From positions 1-64,000 of IMG/VR virus record IMGVR_UViG_3300035698_012962: 64,000 nucleotides of DNA; one strand, given 5' to 3'. Both the position numbers and the translations under genes were made by a program. This DNA is from a virus. The notes below the pieces were generated by a model. The model saw only the letters and a list, made by a program, of their open reading frames with translations. It did not search any database and was not told the origin of the DNA. This document shows, piece after piece, positions 1 through 9,513 of the stretch (positions within the stretch are counted from its first letter, which is position 1; the number at the start of each line of letters is the position of its first letter).

Positions 1-336
1 GGTGGCAAGGGAAGGTAGGGTGGCTTCTAAAGTAGTGTCTGTATAAGTGGTAGTCGTGACAGTAACCGATGTTGATGTTGTCCCCTGCACCACTTGGAGG
101 ATTTTAAACTTCTCATTCAACACCTTACCCTGATCGGAGCCGAGTGGCTTGTCAGTGGCGGTTGAGGTTAAGTTGTTGACAATATCATCTTCTTGTACAT
201 AATATTGTACAGTTCCTGACGGTGCTTTACTCCATAACTTTCCTTGCCAACTACCATATACAGTGAAAGATGTATTATAGGATAATCCCGAAGGATCTTT
301 CTCATCGAAAAATAGTTTGTCGTATACCATATTCAT
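1..336 (-). CDS. Tail fibre/appendage protein, runs off the left window edge
   Basis: Hand translation from ATG at 334-336 stays open to position 1: MNMVYDKLFF...IVNNLTSTATDKPLGSDQGKVLNEKFKILQVVQGTTSTSVTVTTTTYTDT. IVNNLTST..KPL..QGKVL is a phage-tail-repeat-like segment. A late-promoter-like motif lies about 22 bp upstream. Confidence 0.7.
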   Translation of the reverse strand, partial: MNMVYDKLFFDEKDPSGLSYNTSFTVYGSWQGKLWSKAPSGTVQYYVQEDDIVNNLTSTATDKPLGSDQGKVLNEKFKILQVVQGTTSTSVTVTTTTYTDTTLEATLPSLAT

Positions 337-357
337 TTTTTGTTATGTATATATATA

Positions 358-366
358 TATAAGTAT
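358..366 (-). promoter_or_regulatory. Putative late promoter (coding strand ATACTTATA)
   Basis: TATAAGTAT on the + strand, about 22 bp upstream of a minus-strand start. The same motif recurs before many structural genes. Confidence 0.55.
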
Positions 367-395
367 ATTAAATTATATTTTTAAAAAGAACTGTT

Positions 396-821
396 ATGAC
401 ATATAAAAAACATTTAACTGATTTTGCCACAACTGAATTAAGACGAATTGGATTTTTGGATATTCCAATTGGTGAAACTATTTTAACTTTATTAGAACAA
501 TCGTCTGATATATCCAATGATGATCCAAAAGTAATTAAACAAATATTTGCAATGTTATCCAAATTGATTGATAATGAAGTGTTATCACCTATAACTGAAA
601 GTGATTTTGTAGATGAAGGTAATGAAATAAAAAGATGTACTCGATATCCGTATTTATACCAATCAGAAGATGGAAAATATTATGATGATCGTGCAATTGG
701 ATTTCGGAAAAAGGATAGTAATACTAATGATATTATGTATATCTATCAAAGTGGTAATAGTTCCAAACAAGAAGTAGACTTACCATACATTCCTATTACT
801 AAAATAGAACTTATTGATTAA
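396..821 (+). CDS. Hypothetical phage protein
   Basis: 141-aa ORF with normal composition, converging on the Gly-rich gene cluster. Confidence 0.75.
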   Translation: MTYKKHLTDFATTELRRIGFLDIPIGETILTLLEQSSDISNDDPKVIKQIFAMLSKLIDNEVLSPITESDFVDEGNEIKRCTRYPYLYQSEDGKYYDDRAIGFRKKDSNTNDIMYIYQSGNSSKQEVDLPYIPITKIELID

Positions 822-1924
822 CCTATTCTATATCTAATAACTACTATACCACTTCCACCATCGCCACCTTCGTTTGTTGCATTGTAATGGGCTCCACCAC
901 CACCTCCACCACCTGTGTTGGCTCCACCATCCCCGCCTGGGGTATTCGTTTGGGAACTTCTCGTTCCACCACCTCCTGCACTACCTGAATTAAATCCACT
1001 TCCACCAATGGTAGTTCCTACGGCACCTCCACCTCCACCACCTTCTCCACCATTACCGCCTGGAGTTGTACTATAAGATGCACTACCACCTCCACCGCCC
1101 CACATATATGTTGTTCCTAATATACTACAAGGAATTCCATATCCACCGAATGGTTGATTATTTGCATCAGGCCCTCGTTCTCCTGCACCTCCACCACCTC
1201 CAGACCAATATTGAGATGGGCCAGCATCACCACCTCTAAATCCTTGACCTGGAGTAGATTTCCCACCTTTTCCTGTTCCGGTATCACTACTATACGCACT
1301 TACTCCACCACCCGATGACCCATTTGCTCCATAGTGTCCTGGGGTATACCCATAATATGAACTACCGCCTCTACCGCCACCGAACGCATTTAATCCAAAA
1401 ACCGAACTAGTGTTTCCACTCGTAGCAGGTATAGTAAATTGATGAGCTGATGGTTGTGGGCCAGCTCCATCACCTCTATATCCTCCACCACCTGCGGGTG
1501 CTCCCCAACCACCTGCTCCAACAAATACATCATACGTTTGTGATATTACAGTAGTGGTTCCTTGTAAAACACCTCCACCTCCACCGCCAGCTCCCATATC
1601 CATACCGGCACCTCCGCCACCACCGACGATTAAGTATTCTACTTCACCACCTCTTGTAACTTCAAAACTTCCAGTTCCTACAGTAGTGAATTTATGGATT
1701 CGATATCCGTCAACATTTGTGACAGTTCCACCTGTTGCGATTGGTGGTAGATATCCCATTGAGTACCATTTAGAATACTCACCATCATAATGTTCTATTA
1801 TGTCTAAAGTAGTATTATAACGTACCATTCCATTGGTTGGATTAGTAGGTCTTTCCAATGTTGATCCTAAAGGTAATTGTAGTGAACCTGAATCGTTAAT
1901 TCTTGTATTTTTTAATTTCGCCAT
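818..1924 (-). CDS. Glycine-rich domain virion/fibre protein
   Basis: N-terminal LP.G.T..RP...GMVRYNT motif, then YRIHKF..VEYLIVGGGG...GSGIVVIRY glycine-rich domain. Confidence 0.75.
   Translation of the reverse strand: MAKLKNTRINDSGSLQLPLGSTLERPTNPTNGMVRYNTTLDIIEHYDGEYSKWYSMGYLPPIATGGTVTNVDGYRIHKFTTVGTGSFEVTRGGEVEYLIVGGGGGAGMDMGAGGGGGGVLQGTTTVISQTYDVFVGAGGWGAPAGGGGYRGDGAGPQPSAHQFTIPATSGNTSSVFGLNAFGGGRGGSSYYGYTPGHYGANGSSGGGVSAYSSDTGTGKGGKSTPGQGFRGGDAGPSQYWSGGGGGAGERGPDANNQPFGGYGIPCSILGTTYMWGGGGGSASYSTTPGGNGGEGGGGGGAVGTTIGGSGFNSGSAGGGGTRSSQTNTPGGDGGANTGGGGGGGAHYNATNEGGDGGSGIVVIRYRIG
1635..1690. repeat. 56-bp exact repeat, copy 1 (copy 2 at 3435-3490)
   Basis: tattctacttcaccacctcttgtaacttcaaaacttccagttcctacagtagtgaa is identical in both paralogues and encodes FTTVGTGSFEVTRGGEVEY. 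Confidence 0.9.
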
Positions 1925-3730
1925 TTATACTCCGTACCTCCATCTCGTCATATTAAAACTTTGTTGGACTTCTTCTTCAGCTAATGAAGTATCATAAAAC
2001 CTTAACAATGCAATATCCCCTTTGAAATATCCTGTTGATCCTGTATAACCTCTTCCTAATGAATCTGGTGAAAAATAGTTTCCAGTTGCGATCGTTGAAT
2101 CACCATTTGTTACTTCACGTATTCCATTAATATACATATCACCAACATTTGATTTATTAATGTACATAATATGGAACCATTGACCGGTATCAATTTCTGT
2201 AGTAGAATCTATACCTTTCCAACTACCGTTATATGTCAACCAACGGACTTTAGCTTGATGGACTAATAAATTTGAATATATATCCCCATTATCCCTACCT
2301 ACTAAACCAGGGCCTTCATAGAGGTTTGCAGTACCTTCTCTTTGTGTAGTTCGTACCCATAATTCAATAGCAAAATGAGTTGCACTTACCCCAGTCATAT
2401 CACGATATGAAGATGGCATTGCTAATTGTGCGTCATCTTGTGATACTAAATCTATATATTGACTCGTTCCATTAAAATTAAAATATCCACCATATTCATT
2501 ATGAAATGTAGGTGTATTAACAGATACCCCATCATTAGAAAATTCGGTAAGATCATTGAAACTCGTTCCACTACCTTTATATGATAATGGATCAGTTGCA
2601 TCTAAATTCAATACTAACCAATTAGATATTGGTAATATTGGTGTAATTGCATCTAATGATAAAATATCACGATCAGATGATATGGTTGGTTGTTTGTTTC
2701 TACGATATCGTATTATTACTATCCCACTTCCGCCTGCTCCTGATGAACCACCCTCACCACTATAATAACCACCTCCACCTCCTCCACCTCCTGTGTTCGG
2801 TTTAGCATCAGATGGTTTGTATGCTACTCCAGATGTACTGCGGAAGGCACCTCTACCTCCACCACCATGCCCACCATATGTATATTGATTTACATTATTA
2901 TATTGATGCCCCCCTCCTCCACCGGCGAAAAATGTATTAATACCTGATATATTAGAAGCAAACCCACTTCCACCGTTTGGTGGTGTACCTATCACATTTG
3001 TATCTCTACTTTTTCCATCCTTTCCTTTGGCACCTGCTCCGCCCCCTGCACCGCCGGCATATGCTGCGAGATTTGATCCATAATCCCCAGAACCACCTGA
3101 AAATCCTTGTACTGTTGTTCCACTTCCAGCTGATGTAGCAGTAGTTCCGGCACTTCCACCACCACACCCACCATCGGCTCCATCTACATACACAGATCCA
3201 TTGTAACCTCCACCACCGCCGCCACCAATGGAAGTTAAACTAAATACAGAACTATTGCTTCCAGAATACCCAACCCCCCCATTTGTTGCTTGAGCGGTCA
3301 TACTTGCGCCACCTGCCCCTACAATTACATCGTACGTCTGTGGTGTTACAGTGGTAAATCCGTGTAAAACACCACCACCACCACCACCACCTGCGAGTCG
3401 TAAACCACCAGCCCCACCTCCTGCTACAATTAAATATTCTACTTCACCACCTCTTGTAACTTCAAAACTTCCAGTTCCTACAGTAGTGAAATAATGTAAT
3501 CTATAAGGTATCCCACCAATATCAGCATCTACAATAATCCCACCACTTGCTTCTGTAAATGAATCAGTTATGTTTTTCCAAGAATCCCCATTGTAAAATT
3601 CAGTTTCTTCTAATGTAGTATTATATCGGATTGAACCTGTAAGTGGAGTTGGTGGTCGTTGTGCAGTAGTTCCTTGTGGAAGTTCTAATGAACCTGAATC
3701 TGTTATTGTTGTGTTTTTTAAGTTTGCCAT
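1925..3730 (-). CDS. Glycine-rich domain protein with C-terminal LamG/concanavalin-like domain
   Basis: Same N-terminal and Gly-rich modules as 818-1924. C-terminus LVLNLDA..SY.GSG...W.HI...YING...F.G.I...RFY...L..EEV is LamG-like. Confidence 0.75.
   Translation of the reverse strand: MANLKNTTITDSGSLELPQGTTAQRPPTPLTGSIRYNTTLEETEFYNGDSWKNITDSFTEASGGIIVDADIGGIPYRLHYFTTVGTGSFEVTRGGEVEYLIVAGGGAGGLRLAGGGGGGGVLHGFTTVTPQTYDVIVGAGGASMTAQATNGGVGYSGSNSSVFSLTSIGGGGGGGYNGSVYVDGADGGCGGGSAGTTATSAGSGTTVQGFSGGSGDYGSNLAAYAGGAGGGAGAKGKDGKSRDTNVIGTPPNGGSGFASNISGINTFFAGGGGGHQYNNVNQYTYGGHGGGGRGAFRSTSGVAYKPSDAKPNTGGGGGGGGYYSGEGGSSGAGGSGIVIIRYRRNKQPTISSDRDILSLDAITPILPISNWLVLNLDATDPLSYKGSGTSFNDLTEFSNDGVSVNTPTFHNEYGGYFNFNGTSQYIDLVSQDDAQLAMPSSYRDMTGVSATHFAIELWVRTTQREGTANLYEGPGLVGRDNGDIYSNLLVHQAKVRWLTYNGSWKGIDSTTEIDTGQWFHIMYINKSNVGDMYINGIREVTNGDSTIATGNYFSPDSLGRGYTGSTGYFKGDIALLRFYDTSLAEEEVQQSFNMTRWRYGV
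3435..3490. repeat. 56-bp exact repeat, copy 2
   Basis: Identical to 1635-1690, exactly 1800 bp away. Confidence 0.9.
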
Positions 3731-5497
3731 TTAAATTCCGTACCTCCATTTTGTAACATTATAATTTTGTAGTACTTCAGATGCTGTAAGTTCTCTATCA
3801 TATATACGTACCATAGATATTCTTCCATTAAAATATACTGCACTATTAACAACTCTAGCACCAATATAATCAAATTCTGAATTTCCTTTGTTATTATAAC
3901 TCTCTTTTGGTGTGTGATCTGTTGTAGATGCACTTATTGTAGTAGTTACGGTTGCACCGTTTTGATACCATTGATACGTACCATTTATAAAATCCATTGT
4001 GAATGTAAAATGAGAATATGTATTTAATGAATTGGAAATAGTTCCTGATATATACCTATCAGATGTTGGATCGGTTGGTGTCCACGTAAATCGTATTTCG
4101 GAATCTGTTATGAAATAGACACCTCCTGAACCTTGGCCCGATGTGGAAGTTGTACCCATTATATGTTGTTGTCCTGTTGCTTCCTTTCTTACTATAAAAT
4201 CATATGTAATTTCTTTGGGTTGTCTAAAAGGTGAATGTGAATGGTGGATTGATATACTTCCATTTGATCCATCAAAACGGAAATTAGTGAAATTGGAACG
4301 CGGGTGTCCTATGGTGAGACCACCACCAGCTGCAATTCCATTAATTGGATATAATCGGGAATCGGATACGGATGTTCCCGACCCCTTGTATGAATTTGGA
4401 TTTCCTGGATCAATTTCCATTATCAAATTATTAGTTGTAAGTTTATCAGTTGTTTCCAATTGTTCTCCATATAACTTATAACGAATAATTACTATTCCAC
4501 TACCACCATCACCACCCTCTCCACCAACGGGTGAACCGAATGCACCACCACCTCCACCTCCTGTACTTGGGGCTCCGTCTTCCCCATTACCACTATATCT
4601 ACCATTTATACCACCAAATCCTCCTCCACCATCACCTCCGGTTCCTAGACTACCAAAGTTAGAGGTATCATAAAGTCCACCAGACCCTCCACCTGCATAA
4701 TATGTTATGGGGTTTGATATCATAGAAAAAATTCCATTTCCACCATCACCGCTTTGACCCGAAGTTCCATTTCCTCCTTTAGAACCACCACCTCCACCTG
4801 CCCCTCCTGTGTTTGGTGTACCTTGTAACCCAGCCCCTCCATCATATCCTTGTCCTGTTGTTCCACTTCCACCGAGACCTGCTACGGGGCCACCTCCACC
4901 TGATCCACCTCCACCTGAACCTCCGTTACTTCCGGATTCAGCGTTTTGTGGTTTTCCGCCTCCTCCACCAATGGAAGTTAAACTAAATACAGAACTATTC
5001 TCACCGTTCTCACCATTAGCGGATGTAGAGTTTGTGTTCCCGATTCCACTTGAACCACCATCTCCTACAATTACTTCATATGACTGAGAGGTTACGGTAG
5101 TAGTTCCTTGTAAAACACCACCTGCTCCACCACCACCTGCTCCACCACAAGTATTACAATTCCCGCCTCCTTGTCCACCACCAGCTACAATTAAATATTC
5201 TACTGTCCCTCCTCTAGTTACGTCAAAACTTCCCGTACCTACAGTAGTGAAATAATGTACTCTATACCTTTCTCCATTTTGGGTTATATCAAGTGTGTGA
5301 TTACTACCCGTGGCGATTACGCCAGCTGTTGATAAATCTGTCCAATCGGTAACCGTAGAATCATAATATTCCATTCTCTTTAATGAAGTATTATATCTCA
5401 TTTGGGCACTTGATGATACGGGTCGTTCTGCTGTAGAACCTGTAGGGAATAGTAGGTAACCTGTATCGTTTATTTCTGAATTCTTTAGATCGGCCAT
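3731..5497 (-). CDS. Glycine-rich domain protein with C-terminal LamG-like domain
   Basis: Third tandem paralogue; ends FNGRISMVRIYDRELTASEVLQNYNVTKWRYGI. Confidence 0.75.
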   Translation of the reverse strand: MADLKNSEINDTGYLLFPTGSTAERPVSSSAQMRYNTSLKRMEYYDSTVTDWTDLSTAGVIATGSNHTLDITQNGERYRVHYFTTVGTGSFDVTRGGTVEYLIVAGGGQGGGNCNTCGGAGGGGAGGVLQGTTTVTSQSYEVIVGDGGSSGIGNTNSTSANGENGENSSVFSLTSIGGGGGKPQNAESGSNGGSGGGGSGGGGPVAGLGGSGTTGQGYDGGAGLQGTPNTGGAGGGGGSKGGNGTSGQSGDGGNGIFSMISNPITYYAGGGSGGLYDTSNFGSLGTGGDGGGGFGGINGRYSGNGEDGAPSTGGGGGGAFGSPVGGEGGDGGSGIVIIRYKLYGEQLETTDKLTTNNLIMEIDPGNPNSYKGSGTSVSDSRLYPINGIAAGGGLTIGHPRSNFTNFRFDGSNGSISIHHSHSPFRQPKEITYDFIVRKEATGQQHIMGTTSTSGQGSGGVYFITDSEIRFTWTPTDPTSDRYISGTISNSLNTYSHFTFTMDFINGTYQWYQNGATVTTTISASTTDHTPKESYNNKGNSEFDYIGARVVNSAVYFNGRISMVRIYDRELTASEVLQNYNVTKWRYGI

Positions 5498-5498
5498 T

Positions 5499-8400
5499 TT
5501 ACTTATTTTTTAATTCAGTTATCTCATCATTTAATGTTTTGATGGATTCAATTAAATATGCAATTAATTTAGTATATTTCAAACCTACCACACTACCATC
5601 TTCATTTTTAGTAACTAAATCAGGTAGGATTTCATTTACTGATTCTGCTATTAATCCTGCTTCGTTTATTTTAGTATCCTTACGGGTATAAGTAACCCCT
5701 GATAGTTTTGTTATCGTATTTAATGCATCAAATATTGGATTGATATTTTCTTTCACTAATATAGTAGATGTTTCTACAATTTCGTCAGCCGTTAATGTGC
5801 CATTTACAGTTAAATTACCTGTTATTGTATCTCCAGTTTTTGATACATACGTATCAGTTTCATCATATAAATTACCTTCTTGTACCCAACCATCAGTCGT
5901 TGGATTATATGTCACTGCCTGTTGGACACCTACTATCACATCTCGATCTTTTCCATTTATAAACTGTGAACCACTTGTTTCAACAAAAACTGTGTTTGCT
6001 GAATAATCGTTTTTGTAAATTAAAATAGAACGTTGATCTTCAGTACCTACAATAGTTGTCAAATCAGGCAAATTTACAGAAACAGAGCCCGAAATAGAAT
6101 TTACTATAACAATGGTTTGATTTGTTATCGTATACGGTGAATCTGTGTCATCTATTTGTACAGTAATAGGGGCGGAAAAACTTGCAACTCCTGTTAACTG
6201 TGAACCATCTCCGTAATATACTGAACCTGATATGGTTCCGTTTACAGCAAGATTATCATTAAATGTTTTAAGTCCACTTATCGTTTGAGCACCTGTTGTT
6301 CTCACTACTGAAGAATCTACTGCTAATCCAGATGCTTCTTGTGTTAATCCATCCCCACCTGCTACAGAAAAAGTAGTACCTGATAAGGATATTCCATTTC
6401 CTGCAGAATATGTTGTATTCGTAAATGATGAATTAATTGTAACAATTCCACCTGCACCATAAGATGTAGTTACATTAGTCCCACCTACAATATCTAACGT
6501 GCCCCCACTTGTAACAGTTGTCCGTTGTGTACCTTCAGTTTTTAAATTCCATGAACTATAATTATCAGCAGATGTTGCTATCCCATCTAATTTAGTCTTA
6601 TCAGATGAAGTCATTACTCCTGCCAAAGTCGTACTTACGGCGGATAGTGTTGCATTAGTTCCAGTTGAAGATGTGATTGGTACAGTTGTAGTTGTACGAG
6701 TACCTTCTGCTATATTTGTACCTGGAACTGAAATTGTTCTATCGGTAGTAAGGTTACCACCACCTGTAGCAATACCCGATGCGGAAATACTACGATCTGC
6801 TCTAACTGCATGAGAAGTGGTTGTTCCAGCTGTAGATAAAACAACGGCGGATGAAAATGTCTTTGTTCCAGCCCATGTCTGTGAACCTGTCGTTACTACC
6901 CCTGAAATCGTTCCACTTGCAGTTGGAATTATTGCATTCGTACCTGTTGATGAATTTATTTGTGGGCCTGATGTCGTTCCGTTTGTCCACGATAAATCAG
7001 TTCCAACATTTACATCAGCTCCTGCTTCAATACCATCAAGTTTTGTTTTAGCAGATGAACCATTCCACCAAGAAGCTACAGATTGAAATACTCTAAGAGC
7101 TGTCCAAGCTCTTCTAGTCGTAGCAGTACCTGTTTCAGCTTCTACCTGTGTAACTGTATCAGCCGTCCACTCTCTAGAATCTGATAATCTAGAATCATTA
7201 CCTTGTGTAACAGTACCTGAAGTGGTACCAAAATTCTTGTTGAAACCGGTGTTCTTTGAAAATGAAGGTTCTGCTCCAATATCCGTTGTAGTATATGTAA
7301 TGCTTGTATTAGTTCCTGTTGAAGATGTAATTGTTCTCGTTCCACCTGTTCCACTTGAACCTAAATTAGTTGCAACATTGACATCAGCTCCAGCCTCAAT
7401 TCCATCTAATTTAGATTTATCAGTATGTGACATAAAACCTGCCACAGTAGTAGTTACAACAGGCACAGTAACATTATTCCCTGTTGAAGATGTGATTGAC
7501 CTACTATTTGTTGAAACTACAGCAGTTCCTAAATTTGTTCCTACATTAACATCAGCCCCTGCTTCAATACCATCCAATTTAGTCTTATCAGATGTAGATA
7601 ACCAACCTGCTAAAGTATTCGTTGCTACAGGTATCGTTACATTTGTACCTGTAGAAGAAGTGATTGTTCGTGTATCCCCTGTTCCCGTAACTCCGATGTT
7701 TGTTGCAGGAACACTTACTGTGAATGTTGAGTTGGAAGTTTGGTTTGATGAAAATGTCTGATCTCCTGTTGCAATTCCACTTGTAGCTAATGTAAGTGTT
7801 CCATTACCAAGAACTACTCCTGCTGATTTTATAAGTTTCCCTGAAGTTCCATCGAATAACGCAACATGTTCGTTTACTACAGAACTTGGGCCGATAACAG
7901 CTCCATCAATATTTGCTTGGAATACATGCCAATCGGAATCTACGTTACCCGTTCCTGAACGTGATACAACGGATATATACATATCTCCAATTTCTGCTAC
8001 TTTTCCTGCATATGTACCAGCTGTAATAACCTTTACAGTCCAACCAATATTATGTGTAGTTGGAAGTGAAGTATACGTTCCACCCGTACCTAACGATCCT
8101 TTATATATCATTGCATCATTAGAAGCAAGTAAAGAATCTACATATGCTTTTACTGCATCTGCTCTTACCAAATGAGTTGATGCACCTGATAGTGAAGTTT
8201 CTACTCCATATCCATCGTTTAGTTGGTCGCCAGTTATACCATTCCACGTCGGAACATATCCACTTGTAGATGATGAAAGTTTCCTAACCTGTGTGTGATC
8301 TGTTACATTACCAAGACCAACATCTGTTTTAGTTGTAGCTTGTGCTCTTAAATTTAAATAGGTTCCTGAATTATCAAATACATCACCAACATTAACTTGA

Positions 8401-9419
8401 GCACCTGCCTCAATTCCATCTAATTTATTCTTTAACGTAGTTGTAAATTGTTCGTCGGTAAGTGAAAAGGTAGTTCCTGTTAAGGTTATTCCTGTTCCAG
8501 CTGAATAAGTAGTGTTAGTAAATGATGAATTAATGGTTACTACCCCACCTGCCCCATAAGATGTAGTTACATTCGTTCCGCCTACGATATCTAAAATTCC
8601 TGCACTACCAATAGTAGTACGTTGTACTCCCTCTGTTCTTAAATTCCATGAACTATAATTATCTGCAGATGTTGCTATCCCATTTAATTTAGTTTTATCG
8701 GTGTGAGCCATAAAACCTGCCACAGTAGTTGTAGCCGTTGGAACTGTTATATTCGTTCCTGTTGAAGATGTGATAGCTCTACTGTTAGTAGATACAATAG
8801 ATGTTCCTAAATTCGTTGCAACATTAACTTGAGCCCCACTTTCTATTCCATCAAGTTTAGATTTATCACTTGCAATCATCGCACCTGCCAAAGTAGTACT
8901 TACGGCAGATAATGTAGCATTAGTCCCTGTAGATGAATTAAGTGGTACTGTAGTTGAAGTTCGTGTACCTTCTGATAAGTTTGTCCCAGGTACGTTTACT
9001 GTGAATGTAGAATTAGAACCTTGATTAGCTGTCCATGCGTCCGAACCTGTTGCAATTCCCGATGTGGCAAGTGTAAGTGTATTATTATTAACTCCTATAT
9101 CCGAAAGAGTCCACGTGTAAGTAGTAGAACCATCGACCGAACGAGTAGTTCCACCAATAGTAACGTTTCTTGCAGTACCCCAATTTCCAATTTGGTTGTT
9201 TAAGGTTGAAAAATCCCGTTGATTAATATTACCGACACCATCAACTACTAATACATTAGTTTCGGTTGATCCCGTTGGTGTGGTAGGTAACTTTAGAGTA
9301 GAACCTGTTGGCGAGTCTGTAATAGAAAGGAGTTGTCCGGTTGCTCCCTGTATATCCACAATCACCGAGCCTGAACCCTCTACTAATAAACCCTTCCTTA
9401 CCTTAAATGCATTATTCAT
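5499..9419 (-). CDS. Long tail fibre with repeated K(T/S)KLDGI modules and C-terminal intramolecular chaperone (peptidase S74-like)
   Basis: Many DKTKLDGIEAGA-type repeats. C-terminus ETSTILVKENI...GVTY...GLIAE...LIAYLIESIK plus coiled coil. ATG at 9417-9419 (MNNAFKVRKGL) is preferred over the TTG at 9446. Confidence 0.8.
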   Translation of the reverse strand: MNNAFKVRKGLLVEGSGSVIVDIQGATGQLLSITDSPTGSTLKLPTTPTGSTETNVLVVDGVGNINQRDFSTLNNQIGNWGTARNVTIGGTTRSVDGSTTYTWTLSDIGVNNNTLTLATSGIATGSDAWTANQGSNSTFTVNVPGTNLSEGTRTSTTVPLNSSTGTNATLSAVSTTLAGAMIASDKSKLDGIESGAQVNVATNLGTSIVSTNSRAITSSTGTNITVPTATTTVAGFMAHTDKTKLNGIATSADNYSSWNLRTEGVQRTTIGSAGILDIVGGTNVTTSYGAGGVVTINSSFTNTTYSAGTGITLTGTTFSLTDEQFTTTLKNKLDGIEAGAQVNVGDVFDNSGTYLNLRAQATTKTDVGLGNVTDHTQVRKLSSSTSGYVPTWNGITGDQLNDGYGVETSLSGASTHLVRADAVKAYVDSLLASNDAMIYKGSLGTGGTYTSLPTTHNIGWTVKVITAGTYAGKVAEIGDMYISVVSRSGTGNVDSDWHVFQANIDGAVIGPSSVVNEHVALFDGTSGKLIKSAGVVLGNGTLTLATSGIATGDQTFSSNQTSNSTFTVSVPATNIGVTGTGDTRTITSSTGTNVTIPVATNTLAGWLSTSDKTKLDGIEAGADVNVGTNLGTAVVSTNSRSITSSTGNNVTVPVVTTTVAGFMSHTDKSKLDGIEAGADVNVATNLGSSGTGGTRTITSSTGTNTSITYTTTDIGAEPSFSKNTGFNKNFGTTSGTVTQGNDSRLSDSREWTADTVTQVEAETGTATTRRAWTALRVFQSVASWWNGSSAKTKLDGIEAGADVNVGTDLSWTNGTTSGPQINSSTGTNAIIPTASGTISGVVTTGSQTWAGTKTFSSAVVLSTAGTTTSHAVRADRSISASGIATGGGNLTTDRTISVPGTNIAEGTRTTTTVPITSSTGTNATLSAVSTTLAGVMTSSDKTKLDGIATSADNYSSWNLKTEGTQRTTVTSGGTLDIVGGTNVTTSYGAGGIVTINSSFTNTTYSAGNGISLSGTTFSVAGGDGLTQEASGLAVDSSVVRTTGAQTISGLKTFNDNLAVNGTISGSVYYGDGSQLTGVASFSAPITVQIDDTDSPYTITNQTIVIVNSISGSVSVNLPDLTTIVGTEDQRSILIYKNDYSANTVFVETSGSQFINGKDRDVIVGVQQAVTYNPTTDGWVQEGNLYDETDTYVSKTGDTITGNLTVNGTLTADEIVETSTILVKENINPIFDALNTITKLSGVTYTRKDTKINEAGLIAESVNEILPDLVTKNEDGSVVGLKYTKLIAYLIESIKTLNDEITELKNK

Positions 9420-9464
9420 ATATCCTATTCTTTTTTCATTGTCCAAAAGAAATCTGGTACTTTA

Positions 9465-9473
9465 TATAAATAC
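9465..9473 (-). promoter_or_regulatory. Putative late promoter (coding strand GTATTTATA)
   Basis: TATAAATAC on + strand upstream of the fibre gene. Confidence 0.45.
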
Positions 9474-9513
9474 TATTTTATTATTTTTTCAATGATTATT
9501 ATTAATATTTATT

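Noticed and set aside
1-190. Higher GC at the left edge as a sign of foreign DNA
   Set aside because: The segment is too short and truncated to judge; it is continuous with the fibre ORF and may just be a swapped tip.
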